Origin: an uncultured bacterium
Lineage (GTDB): Bacteria; Armatimonadota; Abditibacteriia; Abditibacteriales; Abditibacteriaceae
DNA: 64,000 nucleotides
Assembly: GCA_963843795.1 (NCBI GenBank)
Contig: CAWJLW010000006.1
Span: 2,232,001-2,296,000, forward strand
Direction: 5' to 3'
The notes beneath the pieces are model-generated. The model was not told the DNA's origin. It ran no database searches and worked only from the letters and a program-made list of their open reading frames with translations. Position 1 is the first letter of the stretch, and each line of letters opens with the position of its first letter. The translations under genes and the position numbers were made by a program. Positions 41,087 through 52,948 of this stretch are shown here, piece by piece.

Positions 41087-41947
41087 ATGTCAAAAAACTC
41101 GTCTCCCTCAAGCCAAACCCAAACCGAATGGATAGATGTCAGCATCGCTGACGACGCGCCCTCCAACTTCAACGCGGACTCTAAAAATTCCAACAGCGTT
41201 GCGAGCGGCAATGATGCCGAACGTTCCACCGAGCCATCGTGGGCGCTTTACATAGGCTGGATCTTGTGTTTTTTGGTCGTGATCTGGGCCACCAGTTGGA
41301 TTACCAGACGCCGCGTAATCGCCGAACGCGCGCCGCTGCACATCGAAACCACTTCAACTCTCGCCCCACCGCCCGAAACGCCGAAAATGTTGTTGGCTAT
41401 CACACAAACTCCGACGCCCGCTACAGCCAACATCGTGGTTCACCTCACTGGCGCGGTGAAAAAGCCCGGCGTTTACGAACTTTCGCCACGCTCGCGCCTA
41501 CGCGACGCCGTGCATCTCGCGGCTGGCCCACTTAGCGACGCCGATTTGGAAGCCGTTAATTTGGCCGAATTTCTCACCGATGGCCAACAATACGCTATTC
41601 CTCACCGCAACGCAAACGTTCAAACCGCCGCGCCCACAATCGTCGATTCCAGCGCGCGTACTTCACGTTCGGCGCGAGTGGAACGCAGCGAGACCGTGCC
41701 CAAAGTCACGGTCAAAGCCGCGCCACGTGCGCCCAGAAACGCTCCACCAACGGCACCCCTTGATTTGAATAGCGCAACAGCGATTGAATTGGACACCCTA
41801 CCCGACATCGGCCCGACCAAAGCCGCGCGCATCGTGGAATATCGGACACAAAATGGCGCGTTCAAAAGCGTGGAAGATTTGACCGAAGTTGAAGGCATCG
41901 GCGAAAAAACGTTGGAGAAATTGCGGGCGTTTGTGTTCGTTCGATAA
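41087..41947 (+). CDS. comEA: ComEA family DNA-binding/uptake protein
   Basis: TM, SLBB (VHLTGAVKKPGVY), LDLNSAT..ELDTLP.IGP.KA.RIVEYR..NG.FKSVEDL.EVEGIG.KT HhH pair. Confidence 0.92.
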   Translation: MSKNSSPSSQTQTEWIDVSIADDAPSNFNADSKNSNSVASGNDAERSTEPSWALYIGWILCFLVVIWATSWITRRRVIAERAPLHIETTSTLAPPPETPKMLLAITQTPTPATANIVVHLTGAVKKPGVYELSPRSRLRDAVHLAAGPLSDADLEAVNLAEFLTDGQQYAIPHRNANVQTAAPTIVDSSARTSRSARVERSETVPKVTVKAAPRAPRNAPPTAPLDLNSATAIELDTLPDIGPTKAARIVEYRTQNGAFKSVEDLTEVEGIGEKTLEKLRAFVFVR

Positions 41948-41954
41948 AACACAA

Positions 41955-41988
41955 AAAAACGCGCTGCAAGTACTTGCAGCGCGTTTTT
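41955..41988. terminator. 34-bp perfect palindrome centred on GCAAGTACTTGC between convergent genes
   Basis: aaaaacgcgctGCAAGTACTTGCagcgcgttttt. Confidence 0.75.
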
Positions 41989-42006
41989 CCCATCACAAAC
42001 CGACAT

Positions 42007-42996
42007 TTAGGCTTTAATCGAATTGTATAAACGCGCCATTGTGCGCGCTTCGGCAGCCGCTTCATCAATTGTCACTAATTCAACCGGCAAATCTTTGCCT
42101 TCCAACTTGTCCCAGAACAATTGAAAAGCGTGTGGGCCGCCATTGGGCAACTGCGTCCACTCGCTGCCATCGGCGCCTTCGACGAGTTCGGAATAATAGA
42201 ACACTTTGCCGTCGCGAATTTGAATCTGTCCCTGCGTGCCGTTGAGTTCAATCGGCGCGTGGAATTTTGGATCGACCCAACTCGCTTCGACTTCGGCAAT
42301 CGCGCCGCTGGTGAACTGCAATATTCCCGCGCCATACTCATCAATATCGCCGTAACGTTTGGTCTGTGTGCCGATCATACCCGCGACATTTTCAACTTCG
42401 CCGCACACGCCGCGCAGCACCCAGAGAATAATGTCCAGCGAATGCGCGCCTAAATCGGCGAAACCGCCGCCGCCAGCCAAATTTTTATCGGCAATCCAGC
42501 GCCATTCGTCATCGAACCAACCACCCAAAGCGCCACTATGACAATTGGTGTGACGCATGCGCGTGATTTGTCCCAGATTCCCGCTCGCGGCTTCTTGCTT
42601 CAAAAAGCGCATTTTTGGGTCTGAGCGCTGAAAGAAACCAGTTTGAAACACCAAGCCCGATTGTTCGATAGCGTTTTGCATCGCATCGGTTTCTTCAACC
42701 GAATTAGCGAGCGGCTTTTCGATAAATAAATTTTTGCCCGCTGCGACCACGCGCGGCACTAAAACCGCGTGATGGGCTGTTTCGCTGCAAATCACGACGG
42801 AGGTAATTTCCGGGTCATTTAGAATCGTTTCAATATCGGGCGTGAATTTGGCACCCAATTCTTGGGCGCGCTGTTCGCCGCGCTCGCTTTGCGCGTCGTA
42901 AACCAGTTTGGCGTTCACATCATCGCGCCCGTTAATCATCTTGATAAAACCGGGCGTGTGAATGTGCGCCACACCCAGAAAAGCTGTTGTTTGCAT
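42007..42996 (-). CDS. Gfo/Idh/MocA family oxidoreductase
   Basis: FIEKPLA, GFFQR, GGG.FADLGAHSLD. Confidence 0.9.
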   Translation of the reverse strand: MQTTAFLGVAHIHTPGFIKMINGRDDVNAKLVYDAQSERGEQRAQELGAKFTPDIETILNDPEITSVVICSETAHHAVLVPRVVAAGKNLFIEKPLANSVEETDAMQNAIEQSGLVFQTGFFQRSDPKMRFLKQEAASGNLGQITRMRHTNCHSGALGGWFDDEWRWIADKNLAGGGGFADLGAHSLDIILWVLRGVCGEVENVAGMIGTQTKRYGDIDEYGAGILQFTSGAIAEVEASWVDPKFHAPIELNGTQGQIQIRDGKVFYYSELVEGADGSEWTQLPNGGPHAFQLFWDKLEGKDLPVELVTIDEAAAEARTMARLYNSIKA

Positions 42997-43048
42997 TGAA
43001 ATTATCTCCTGTAAATTCTGATGAGTAATCTAACTAACTTTCCTTCTT

Positions 43049-43962
43049 ATGTCAGCTAAAACACTCAAAACCATTGATCTCGAACTGTGCCGCAAACGCC
43101 CGCTGAACGATTTCTCCGAACAATCGGGCAAAGCCACGCGCGGCAAATTATTGGTCGTCGGCGGCAGTGCGCGCTTGCCCGGCGCCATTTTGTTATGCGC
43201 CCGCACCGCTCTGCGCACCGGCTGCGGCACCGTGCGCGTGGCGACACCCAAAAGCGTTGCTTTGGCAATCGGCGTCGCATGCCCAGAGTTGATGGTTTTG
43301 CCATTGCCCGAAACCAAAAGCGGAACGATTGCCCGCAGCGCGCTGCAGGTACTTGCCGAGCAATACGAAGCCTGTGATGCCGCCGTCATCGGGCCAGGTT
43401 TGGACGAAAACCCAGGAAACCGCGCAATTCGCGCACGAATTTGCCGCCCAATGTCCGTTGCCGACAGTACTCGATGCCAGTGCAATGTTCGCTGCAAGTA
43501 CCTGCACCAGCTTTCCCGCGTCGCGCATCTGGACGCCGCACGATGGCGAAATGCAAACCTTAATCGAACGCGAATTTGAAGAAAAAGAACGCCCGCAAAT
43601 TGCACTCGATTGGGCCAAGCGCTACGAAAATGACGCTGCAAGTTACTTGCGCCTTGAAAGGTCGGGAAACTTTTATCGCCAACAATCAAGGCGAATTATT
43701 TCGCAACATTCGCGGCACGCGAGGTTTGGGCACAGCGGGCAGCGGCGACGTGTTGAGCGGCGTGATTAGCAGTTTATTGGCGCAGGGGAACGACGAAACG
43801 ACAGCGGCAATTTATGGCGTTTATCTGCACGCTCTGGCTGGAGAAGACGCGGCGAAAATGATTGGCGAGGATGGATTGTTGGCCAGTGATTTCGAGGCTC
43901 GCTTGCCGTTTGTGCTACGCGAATTGAAACGGCGCAGGAAGCGACCCAAGCGTCGAATTTGA
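43049..43962 (+). CDS. nnrD: ADP-dependent NAD(P)H-hydrate dehydratase (two apparent +1 frameshifts, near 43412 and 43643)
   Basis: K..RGKLLVVGGS...PGA, IGPGL, VLDASA, WTPHDGEM, LKG, GTAGSGDVLSG spread over three frames. Confidence 0.9.
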
Positions 43963-44038
43963 AACTCTCAGCAAACAAAACGCCCGCAAGTCACTCGTAG
44001 CAAGTACTTGCGGGGCGTTTTGCTGTCAAAACAAACGT

Positions 44039-47000
44039 TCAATCTTTTACATCAAGGCGCATTTCATCGGAAATCGCGCGCACTTCGGGCGCATACATCG
44101 CATAACCGTTGGTCGGTAAAGCGTGGAAACGTCCAGGAATTTCAACGCGCATGCGGTAGCGCAGAACGCGAGTGCCTTGTGGCAAACGATCCACGAAAAA
44201 CGCGACTTTTTCATCGCGCAGTTCCACGTTAGAACTCAGACCGTCGCCCCAAGAACTGCCGCTGCGAATGTCTTGCGCTTCCAAACCGGCGGCTTTCATG
44301 TCCTCGAAAACCAAGTATTCGTAATCGTTTTTCGAATCAATTGTCAACTCGACTTCCACCAAATCGCCGCTTTGCAACATCGATTTATCAGCGATTTCGC
44401 TGCGATTATATTCCTGCTCTGCGGGCTGCTGCGGAACGGGAATCGGCGGCGCGAAGCGGCGAGCGGCGGGCGCATCAATCACGCCATCGACTTGCGAATC
44501 AGCACTTTGCTGAGCTTTGACGTTGGGATTACGCGTCAATTTGAAATAGCGACGTTTAATCGCGATTTCGTTGCCGCTGGCTTTGATCGGTTCTTCGAGA
44601 GAGAAGTATTCGCTATACGCGCTCCAATAAACGTTGCCGCGACCTTGTTTTTCGATGGTCAAGGTATTGTTGCCATCGTTGAGGAACAGGTCGCCGACGA
44701 TGAAACGGTTATCGAAATCCAAGGCGTTTTGCGCATTGACGCGATAGGTGCGCGCGATTTTGTCATTCAAATTCACGCGAATTGTGTAATCGACATCCAA
44801 TTCGCGCTTGATGCGCACGAAATCGGCTAAGGCATAAACCGTCAGCGCGGTCGCTTTGGTCGATTGCCAGTGATTGGCGCGCGAACGCGTCACGAGCCAT
44901 TTGCTCAGCATCGGCACCAGTTTGTTATCGGGGTCGATTTGCAAAAAAGTGCGCAGCGCGACCGCATTGGTTTCCTCGTCGTTGTTCCACCAATACCACC
45001 ACTGATTCTGCATTTGCCAGTGCGCTGTGCCGTTCTCGGCGTCGATTTTCACCGTATTTTCCAAGTTGCGCACCAGAACATTGGCTTGCTCGTTGGCGCC
45101 GATGTTATGCAGCGCAATCGCCAGCAGAGATTGCGAATAAGGCGTTAAACGCGCGCGCTGCTCGAATAATCTGCCGGTGATAATTTTGCGCGAATCGGCA
45201 CTGACAGCGTTGCGCGGCTGCATTGTGAGCGAATGCGCAATCATCGTCAGCAATTGCAAATTGTCTTCGTCACGTAATTGCTTATCGAGATAGGTAAAGC
45301 CGCGTGCAAGTACTTGCGGGCGCACTTGGACGTCCGCGTCGCGCGCAATCGCCAAACCATACATCACATACGCCGACATATATTCGTCGCTTTGCGGCGA
45401 GCCTTGCCACCAGCCCCAGCCGCCATCGTCGCGCTGCATCGCATACAAACGCCCTAAACCGTCATCGATCATTGAGGCAAGTACTTGCGCATCGTAAATC
45501 GGGTTTTTGGCACGTCCGTGATACCATAAGCGCGACGCCATTTCGCTCAAATCGCGCGCATTGGGCTGGCCTTTGGGGTAAGTGTAGCCACTGTTTTTGA
45601 CGCGCTCACCGATGGCTTCGGTCTGCGATTCGGCTTTGTAGGTCGCAGCGCGCGGTGCAAGTACCTGCAGGTCAACACCGGAATCACGCAGCGTTTTGGC
45701 GACCAGAACGCTGGGCACGAAACGGCTGACAGTTTGTTCGACGCAGCCATATGGATAATCGGCGAGATACGGCAGCGCGTCGAGCATCGTGGCCGCCATG
45801 CTCGGATTCAATTGCACATTCAAATTGCTGCTGCCGAACTTGCGTTCTTTGGGGAAGTTAATCGTGACTTTTTCGCTCTGCGCGCCCTCGTTGCGAATGA
45901 TGCCCGCTTGAGCCGCAAAACGCTGCGCGCCGTGGACCAGAACCGGAAAATTCATCTTCACGGCGTCGGATTCATCAGTGCTTTGCGCGATCATTTGTAC
46001 ATCGGCGCTGCCGTCTTTCACGACATCGACCGTCCAGTTGATGCGCGCTTCTTCGTTCGGCTCGATTTCGACCCAACTTTCGGGCGAAGTCAAATTGGTG
46101 CCGGTCGCTAATGGCGCGATTTTGGTGAGATTGATTTTGAGATTATCGCCGGTTTCCAACGCGACTTTCACGCGCTGTTTGGTCGGCAGATAATTGTGAA
46201 CATTCGCCGTCAAAACGACTTGATCGCGTTCGACGAAAAAGCGTGGCGCTTGCAAACGCACCAGCAAATTCTTGCGCGTTTCGACATCGCTTTCCGCCGC
46301 GCCGACTTGCGCGTTTTGGGTGATGCCGCGCGCGCCGACGTGCCATTTGGTCAATGAATCGGGAAAAGTCACTTTGACGGTCGCTTTGCCATTTTCTGTG
46401 ACGACAGCGGGCGACCAGAGCGCGGTTTCAGCAAAATTCGAGCGCACCTGCGCTTGTTGCAAAGGCGCAGCTTCGCTGGGCGCTGCCTCCGATTTCGCAG
46501 CCGCCATTCTTGATACCGGAGCCGCCGCTGCCAGCGGCGCTATTGAATCAGAAGCTATGCCGAATGCCATCGGTTCGTTACGAGCACCTCCGCCAAAGCC
46601 ACCGGCAAGTGCACCGCGCTGATTATAATACGGATAATAACCGCCCGCTTCAGGATTCAATTGCAACATTCCGAAACCATCGGGCAGTTCCCAACCGTGC
46701 GTGTCATATTCTTGATATTTGGCATTATCGCGCACGAAAAGTTCACCGTTGCCCGAACGCGACGAATCGAGTTGCACATTAATCGGACGGCGTTCGCCGT
46801 AGAAAAAGCCGCGCACATCGGGTGAGGTGTCTTGCTGAATGTAGAACAGGCTCGCATCGGTCACGGCGAGCGAAAATTCGCCGCGCGCCGGTCTACCCGC
46901 GTAATCGGTCGCTTCGATTTCAAAAGTGCCGGTTTCGCCGGGTTTGTATTCGGCTTTATCGCCTTTGACTTGGACGTTCAATAATGCGCGCACCGGCGGC

Positions 47001-50000
47001 ACGAAAACTTCCTGCTGGGCTTGAAAAACCTGGTAATCTTTCACCAGCGCAGCAGCGATAGCGAAGTTGGGCACGCGGTCGTGCGTGATGGAAATTTCGA
47101 TCTGACGGCTTTTGCCTTCGATCGTTATCACATCGCGGCGCAGAATTTCGCCGCTGCTTTCCTGAGTGAGCAAAACTGTTGTATCTGGCTTATCGGCCAC
47201 CAGAAGTACTTTGGCCACATCGCCTTCTTCGTAAACGCGCTTGTCCAAAACAATCGTCAAACCAGCCTGACGAAATTCAGTTTGATTAAGTTTTGGCCCA
47301 TCGATCCAAATCGTGATCGAGGCTTTGACTTCGTTGTTCTGCGCATCGACGCTTTGCCACGCGATGCGGAATTGACCCGCGCCGACGCTTTGCCATTCCC
47401 AAAACGCGCGACCTGTTTTGTCAACCGTCACAGCTTCTTCGCTAACTTTTTCTTCTTTATCGCCTTCCAACAAGCGATACACCACCATTTTGCCGGTCGC
47501 GGCGACCGGTTTATCGTTGGCGTTGCGAGTCACAATTTCGATTTGCACACGGTCGCCTTCCTGATAAAAGCCGCGTTTGGCATCGAGAAACGCGAAATAA
47601 TCCTGACTGGCGACTTTCACCGCGCCGCTGCCTTCAATGGTGCGCCGGCTGCTATCAGTGACTTCGACTTCTATCGCATAAAGCGGATTGCTGTAGCTGC
47701 GCCACCAGTAATTGCCGTCGTTCTTCTCATCGGGTTCGGTTGCGGCGACAAATGTCACTTCCGCGTTGCCCTGCGCATCGGTTTTGGCAGTGCCTTCTTT
47801 AATAATCGGCCCGCTGCCTTCGCCGCCAAGGTTGCGACGCTGATCGTCCCATGGATTCCACGACACGTTCCAGCGGTCGAGCAACCAATCATACGGCGTC
47901 GGAAAGCGATAACTCGCCCACCAATTGCGCCGCCGCACCGTGTATTTCACCGTCGCATTGGCCACCGGCGAACCGAAGTAATACTTGGCGCTGATTTTCG
48001 CCGCGATGGTTTCGCCCGGTCGCACCGCTTCATCGGGCGCATCAACCGTGACTTCAAATTCGGGACGTTTGTATTCTTCAACGCGAAAACTTGCGCCACC
48101 ATTGCTCAACGTTTTGATGTTGTTTTTGTCGCTATCATCCACCAGCGCAGCGTTCAAACTGTAATTACCCAGAGGTGTTTCTTGGGGTAAATCGAGTTCT
48201 CCATTGACACTACCGAATTCGGATGTGTCAAAAGTTTTACTCAGCAATTGCTGGCCTTTGGGATCGTTAATTGTGATTTGAACGCGCCGATTGGCAGCAG
48301 CTTTCTGATCGCCGCCTTTGTCTTGTTGCGAGACGACAAAGCGCCAGTAGACTTTTTGCGCCGGTCGATAAACGGTGCGGTCGGCATAACCGTAAATTTT
48401 GAATTCCTGATTGCGGTCGCCCCACCAGTAGCCGTTGTAACCATTACCGGTCAATGCGTAGCTTTTGCCACGCCACGCGAAAACCGAAACGCGGCTATTG
48501 TTGTAACGTTCAGCGCTGTCTTTCAAAGCTTTATCGACGAAACCGCCATCGTTGCTGGGCGCGGTTTTGGCATCGACTTTTTGCACTGTAGTGCCGTTTT
48601 CCTGTGTGTTGTAAATTTCCTTGACAATCGTATTCACGCCGCTCAGCGCCCGTCCGCTTTTAGCATCGGCCAGAAACGCGAAGGCGTTTTTGCGGTCGAC
48701 TTTCTTCAAAATCGCCAAGTCGGAAATCAGCATCAAACGCGCCGCTGCAAGTACTTGCGGGCGACTTTTATCGCGCGCCACGATGATATACGCGCCCAAA
48801 TTCTGCAATGGCGTGTCAATGGTTTCATTGCGCGGCTGATAATCATTTTTATCGCCGGTTTGGATTTCCCATTGCGCGACCGGAGCGCCGAGTTCCCTGA
48901 CGATTTGTTCAATCGAACCGAAATTGTCGCCAAATTCGGTGAAATTCACATCTTCGTTGTTGACTTTTTCGGGTCGCGCGAGATATTTTTCTAAAGCAAT
49001 CGGATAAGCCGCCAGTTGCAGCGTATTAATGTTGCGCGCATTGTAAGTCAATTTCGCTTTGACGCCTGGCGCTTGAGCGCCCATCGTGTCCAGTGAAATT
49101 TCGTGTTTTTCGATTTGCTGCAAACTGGCGCGCGCATCGCGCACCCATTTCGATTTGGGAAATTTTTCAATCACGACCAGATAAGCCGCGCGCGCTTTGA
49201 CTAAGTCATTTTGCTGCTGAAAAGTTTGCGCGATTAAGATCTGCGTTTGTGGCGCGACTTCGTTGTTCGGATATTTTTCCACCAGTTCACGCCAGGAATC
49301 GATCGCTTCTAGATGATCAAACGGATAAGGGCGCGTCACGGTTTTCTTCAATTCTGCATCATATTTACGCGCCCAACCGTCCATGCGCTGTCGATACGAC
49401 CGCAGCCACAAACCTTTGCCCAAAAGAGCTAACGCCGAATCGCGCTTGTCTTTGCCCTCGTCCAAACGCGGAATTTCGTTGTAAAGATAAATGACTTTCT
49501 TTGGCATCGACCAACCGGCCTCGAACGGCACATCAGCGGGCACATTTTCATCGAAATTTGCGTCGCCCTCTTTGCGTTTGTTCAGAACTTCGATTAAATC
49601 GTCCAATTCCTGCGCCGCCAGAGTCGCCGCGAGGTCGAAATTGAGGTCGATTTCTTCCTTGTTACTGAGCGGGTAAATCGGCCCGGCAAATCGCGCGCGC
49701 ATCACCAAATCGCGTTCTTTCTGCGCTTCGATTTTGGCGTCCTGCAAGTAACTTGCGCGACTTCTCGGCGTTTTCTTGCGATAAATAAACCTGCTGTGGC
49801 TTGGTCGCTGCATCGATTTTCGGATAATCATCGCCGTAATATAAGCGCTCGCCAACTTTCCAAGCCTGGTTAGGCAACTTGGTATACAGCCGACCCATCC
49901 AATACAACACGCGCGCTTTCCATTGCGCGCTTTGGAGCAAGGCTTCGCTCGCGGCAACCGCCGCGTTCCATTGTTCGGTTTCGCCCAGCGCCACCGCGAT

Positions 50001-50213
50001 GCGATATTCGACTTGTTCGCGTTCGGCCTTCTGGGTGTTCGGCAACAATTGACGATACAATTCAAGCGAACGCGCATACGATTTTTCGTTCCAAGCGCGC
50101 TCGGCCTGCGCACGTAAAGCAATTGGAGCTTCTGCCGCGCGAATTGAGGAAGCCATCGCGAAAAAGAAAACGGCGAGGCAAGCAAAAATGAGGTAAATTG
50201 AAAGGGTTTTCAT
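44039..50213 (-). CDS. Bacterial alpha-2-macroglobulin with N-terminal TPR region (apparent +1 frameshift near 49750)
   Basis: DRTVYRP, F.VEEYKRPEF, VRSNFAETALW, FPDSLTKW, thioester YPYGCVEQ, DGGWGWW, RDEKVAFF, AMYAPE. Signal peptide is in the ORF starting at 50213. Confidence 0.92.
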
Positions 50214-50392
50214 AACGTTTTCCTTAGTGCTATTAAAGCTTGTGACAGGAAAAGTGCGCTTTCTGTTCCCGTTAAGTGCGCTTACTATCAATAAACCAAG
50301 TTTCAGAATTTCAAAAACAAAAAAGCCCGCAAGTACTTGCAGATACGTTGCAGGTGCTTGCGGGCTTGATTTTACGTAAAACGCTTCAACTT

Positions 50393-52186
50393 TTATTGTT
50401 TGGGCGCGGGAATCGTCATGGTTTGGCTACCGCCGCCCATGCCACCAAAATTCAGACCACCCATACCGCCGGGCGCGGCGGGTTTGACTTTGGCGCGCTC
50501 TTTATCGGCCAAGTCTTTTTTGCCCAACTGGTCATACAACTGCGCGATTTGAAAGCGCATCGCATCGTCGGGATTGCTACCGCCAAACGGCGAGGGCGCA
50601 GATGGGCTTTCATCGACGGCTTTGGAAAGTTCCTGCACTTGCTTTAAGGCTTCGTCTTTCTTGCCCGCATCGGTCAGGGCGCGCGCGTAATCGGCGCGCA
50701 GCATCTTGACATCTCCGCCACCTTCGATAGCGGTTTTCAAGACTTCGATCTGCTTATCGCGCTCGCCAGCTTGTGCGTATTGTTGCGCCAACTGATAACG
50801 AATCGCGGTCGCTTCTTCGCCAGAAGCAGTCGGCAAAGCGCTCTGATATTTTTCGATGACCTGTTGACGCAACTGCTTTTGTTCGTCACCCTGTGCGGCA
50901 TACAATTTCTTGTTTTGCAAATCGTAAGCGGCCAGCGCCGGATCCAGAATTTCCGGCGGATTCTTTTCTTTCAATTCGGTGATATAAGTTGTCCACGCAT
51001 CATTGTCTTTCTGTTCCTCGAAAGTCTTCAACGTGGCCGCCTTGTTTTTCGCGTAGTCTTTGGGCAACTCCAATTTGCGACTGGTGATTAGGAACAAGTA
51101 CCAATCGCCGGTGCGCTCATCTTGCAGAGGGCCAACAAAATTGCCTTTAGCGTCGGCGATGGCCTGATTGATTTTCGGACTATAGGGCAATTGCGCAGGT
51201 GGCTTCGTGCCGATATCGCCGCCTTTAGCCTTGCTCATCGGATCATCCGATTCGGTTTTGGCAACCGCAGCGAATTTAGTCGCATCGGCATTTTTCAGCT
51301 GCGCGGCCAATTTTTCGGCTTTGGCTTTAGCTGCGACTTGAGCTTTATCCAGCGCGGCCTTGAAATCTTTGGCTTTAGCGTCGGGCTGCGGCGAAATTTT
51401 GATCTGACGCAAACCGATATTGGTCACCGATTTTTTGTAATCGTCTTCGGTTACTTTATTCTTTTCTTTAAACTGCTTTTCAAACTTATCGAGCACAATC
51501 TGGCGCGCGACTAAATCGCGGTCGTAATTTTTGCGCTGTTCAGTTTTAAAGTTTTCAATCGAGCCGCTTTGCGCTTCGATGTTGCGACGCACCGCAGCTT
51601 CGCTTTGTCCGGCCTGCGGCTTGAGCGAATCGTTGATGTATTCGTCGATTTTGTCGTCGATTTCTTTATCGGTCGCAGTGATGCCTTGTTTTTTGGCTTC
51701 GATGTACTGCGCGGCTTCACCAGCCATGCTTTCCAGCACGTTCTGGCGCATCGTGAGCAATTGTTCCGGGCCAGTCGGCTGGCCGAATTGCGCCATCATT
51801 TGCTCTTGACGAGCGGCCATATTGAGAAACATGGCGTGAGAAATTGTTTGATCGCCCACGCGCGCGACCGGTTCATCGGGACCGCGCCGACCGCCGCCCG
51901 CTCCATCGCCAAGGTTGGAAACCGGCCCCAGGCCGGAAAGAGCAAAGCCGACGGCGAAAATGACAATCAGTAACCCCAGACCAAGTTTCACAAACAGCGA
52001 TGAAAAAAGTCCCGTGCGAATGCCAGTCATCGACCACGAAGCGGGTTCTTCTTCGCGGGCGGTTATCTTGCGACCGACCGGCGTATATTTGCTCTTGACC
52101 GGCGTTTCTTTGCTGGTCGGAACTCCGCTGTTTGGAACTCCGCTGGTTCCGGTGGGAGTTTCGGCTCCCGTTGGTTTCAATGCCAT
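50393..52186 (-). CDS. SurA/PrsA/PpiD-like parvulin chaperone with C-terminal TPRs
   Basis: TM, SurA_N (VARVGDQTI, EAKKQGITATDKEID), FAAVAKTESDD..SKAKGGDIG. Confidence 0.85.
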   Translation of the reverse strand: MALKPTGAETPTGTSGVPNSGVPTSKETPVKSKYTPVGRKITAREEEPASWSMTGIRTGLFSSLFVKLGLGLLIVIFAVGFALSGLGPVSNLGDGAGGGRRGPDEPVARVGDQTISHAMFLNMAARQEQMMAQFGQPTGPEQLLTMRQNVLESMAGEAAQYIEAKKQGITATDKEIDDKIDEYINDSLKPQAGQSEAAVRRNIEAQSGSIENFKTEQRKNYDRDLVARQIVLDKFEKQFKEKNKVTEDDYKKSVTNIGLRQIKISPQPDAKAKDFKAALDKAQVAAKAKAEKLAAQLKNADATKFAAVAKTESDDPMSKAKGGDIGTKPPAQLPYSPKINQAIADAKGNFVGPLQDERTGDWYLFLITSRKLELPKDYAKNKAATLKTFEEQKDNDAWTTYITELKEKNPPEILDPALAAYDLQNKKLYAAQGDEQKQLRQQVIEKYQSALPTASGEEATAIRYQLAQQYAQAGERDKQIEVLKTAIEGGGDVKMLRADYARALTDAGKKDEALKQVQELSKAVDESPSAPSPFGGSNPDDAMRFQIAQLYDQLGKKDLADKERAKVKPAAPGGMGGLNFGGMGGGSQTMTIPAPKQ

Positions 52187-52248
52187 AAAATTGTGTCACC
52201 TCAAAAATGCCTGCAAGAAGGCTGCAAGTACTTGCAGGGCGTTTTAGC

Positions 52249-52869
52249 TTATTTAAATGCGCTCAAATGCGCCACTTCGTTCACGCTTTGCAACGCTATG
52301 CGCGCGCCAATTTCCACACGCGTTACGCTTGCATTACCGACGTTTAGGGCGCGATAACTGTGCAACGGCGCGTCAAGAATCTCGCAGATGATAACGCGAA
52401 TCATGTTCTGGTGCGTCACCAGCGCGATTTTTCCATCGCCGTCACGATATTTTCTAACGAGCGTTTGCCATGCGGGCTTCATACGCGCCTGCAAATCGCG
52501 CAAATTTTCGCCCCCTGGCGCGCGTACATCCAACGGATTGGCTTTTCTTTGCGCCCACAAATCGGGCCAGTTCGCCAGTAATTCGCGTTCGCCACAACCG
52601 TTCCAATCCCCGAAATCCAACTCGCGCCAAACCGCGCTTTCCTGCACTTTCAACCCGTGCGACGCGGCAAGCATCGAAGCCGTATCGCGCGCACGTTTCA
52701 AATCGGAACTGTAAATTGCACTCAGTTCCTCGTGCTGCAAGTACGTGCTGAGCGCATGGGCCTGTTCCTTTCCGCGTTGCGTTAACAACACATCGTTCCA
52801 ACCGGCGAAGGTCAAACGTCCCACATTGCCCGCGACTTCGCCGTGTCGAATCAGAAAAATCGTCGCCAT
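52249..52869 (-). CDS. Histidine phosphatase family protein
   Basis: LIRHGE, SSDLKRA.DTA, RELDFGDW.G, PGGE, LVTH. Confidence 0.92.
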   Translation of the reverse strand: MATIFLIRHGEVAGNVGRLTFAGWNDVLLTQRGKEQAHALSTYLQHEELSAIYSSDLKRARDTASMLAASHGLKVQESAVWRELDFGDWNGCGERELLANWPDLWAQRKANPLDVRAPGGENLRDLQARMKPAWQTLVRKYRDGDGKIALVTHQNMIRVIICEILDAPLHSYRALNVGNASVTRVEIGARIALQSVNEVAHLSAFK

Positions 52870-52948
52870 AATCTGCCCTGCACACACCTGCTTTTTAACT
52901 TCTGGAAAGCGGCCCCTTATTTTAGCATTTTTTCGACTCTGTGCGTTG

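Noticed and set aside
39395..43962. gnd and nnrD as true pseudogenes or programmed frameshifts
   Set aside because: Only single +1 indels, no slippery-site pattern and no other decay; the same error type recurs across the window.
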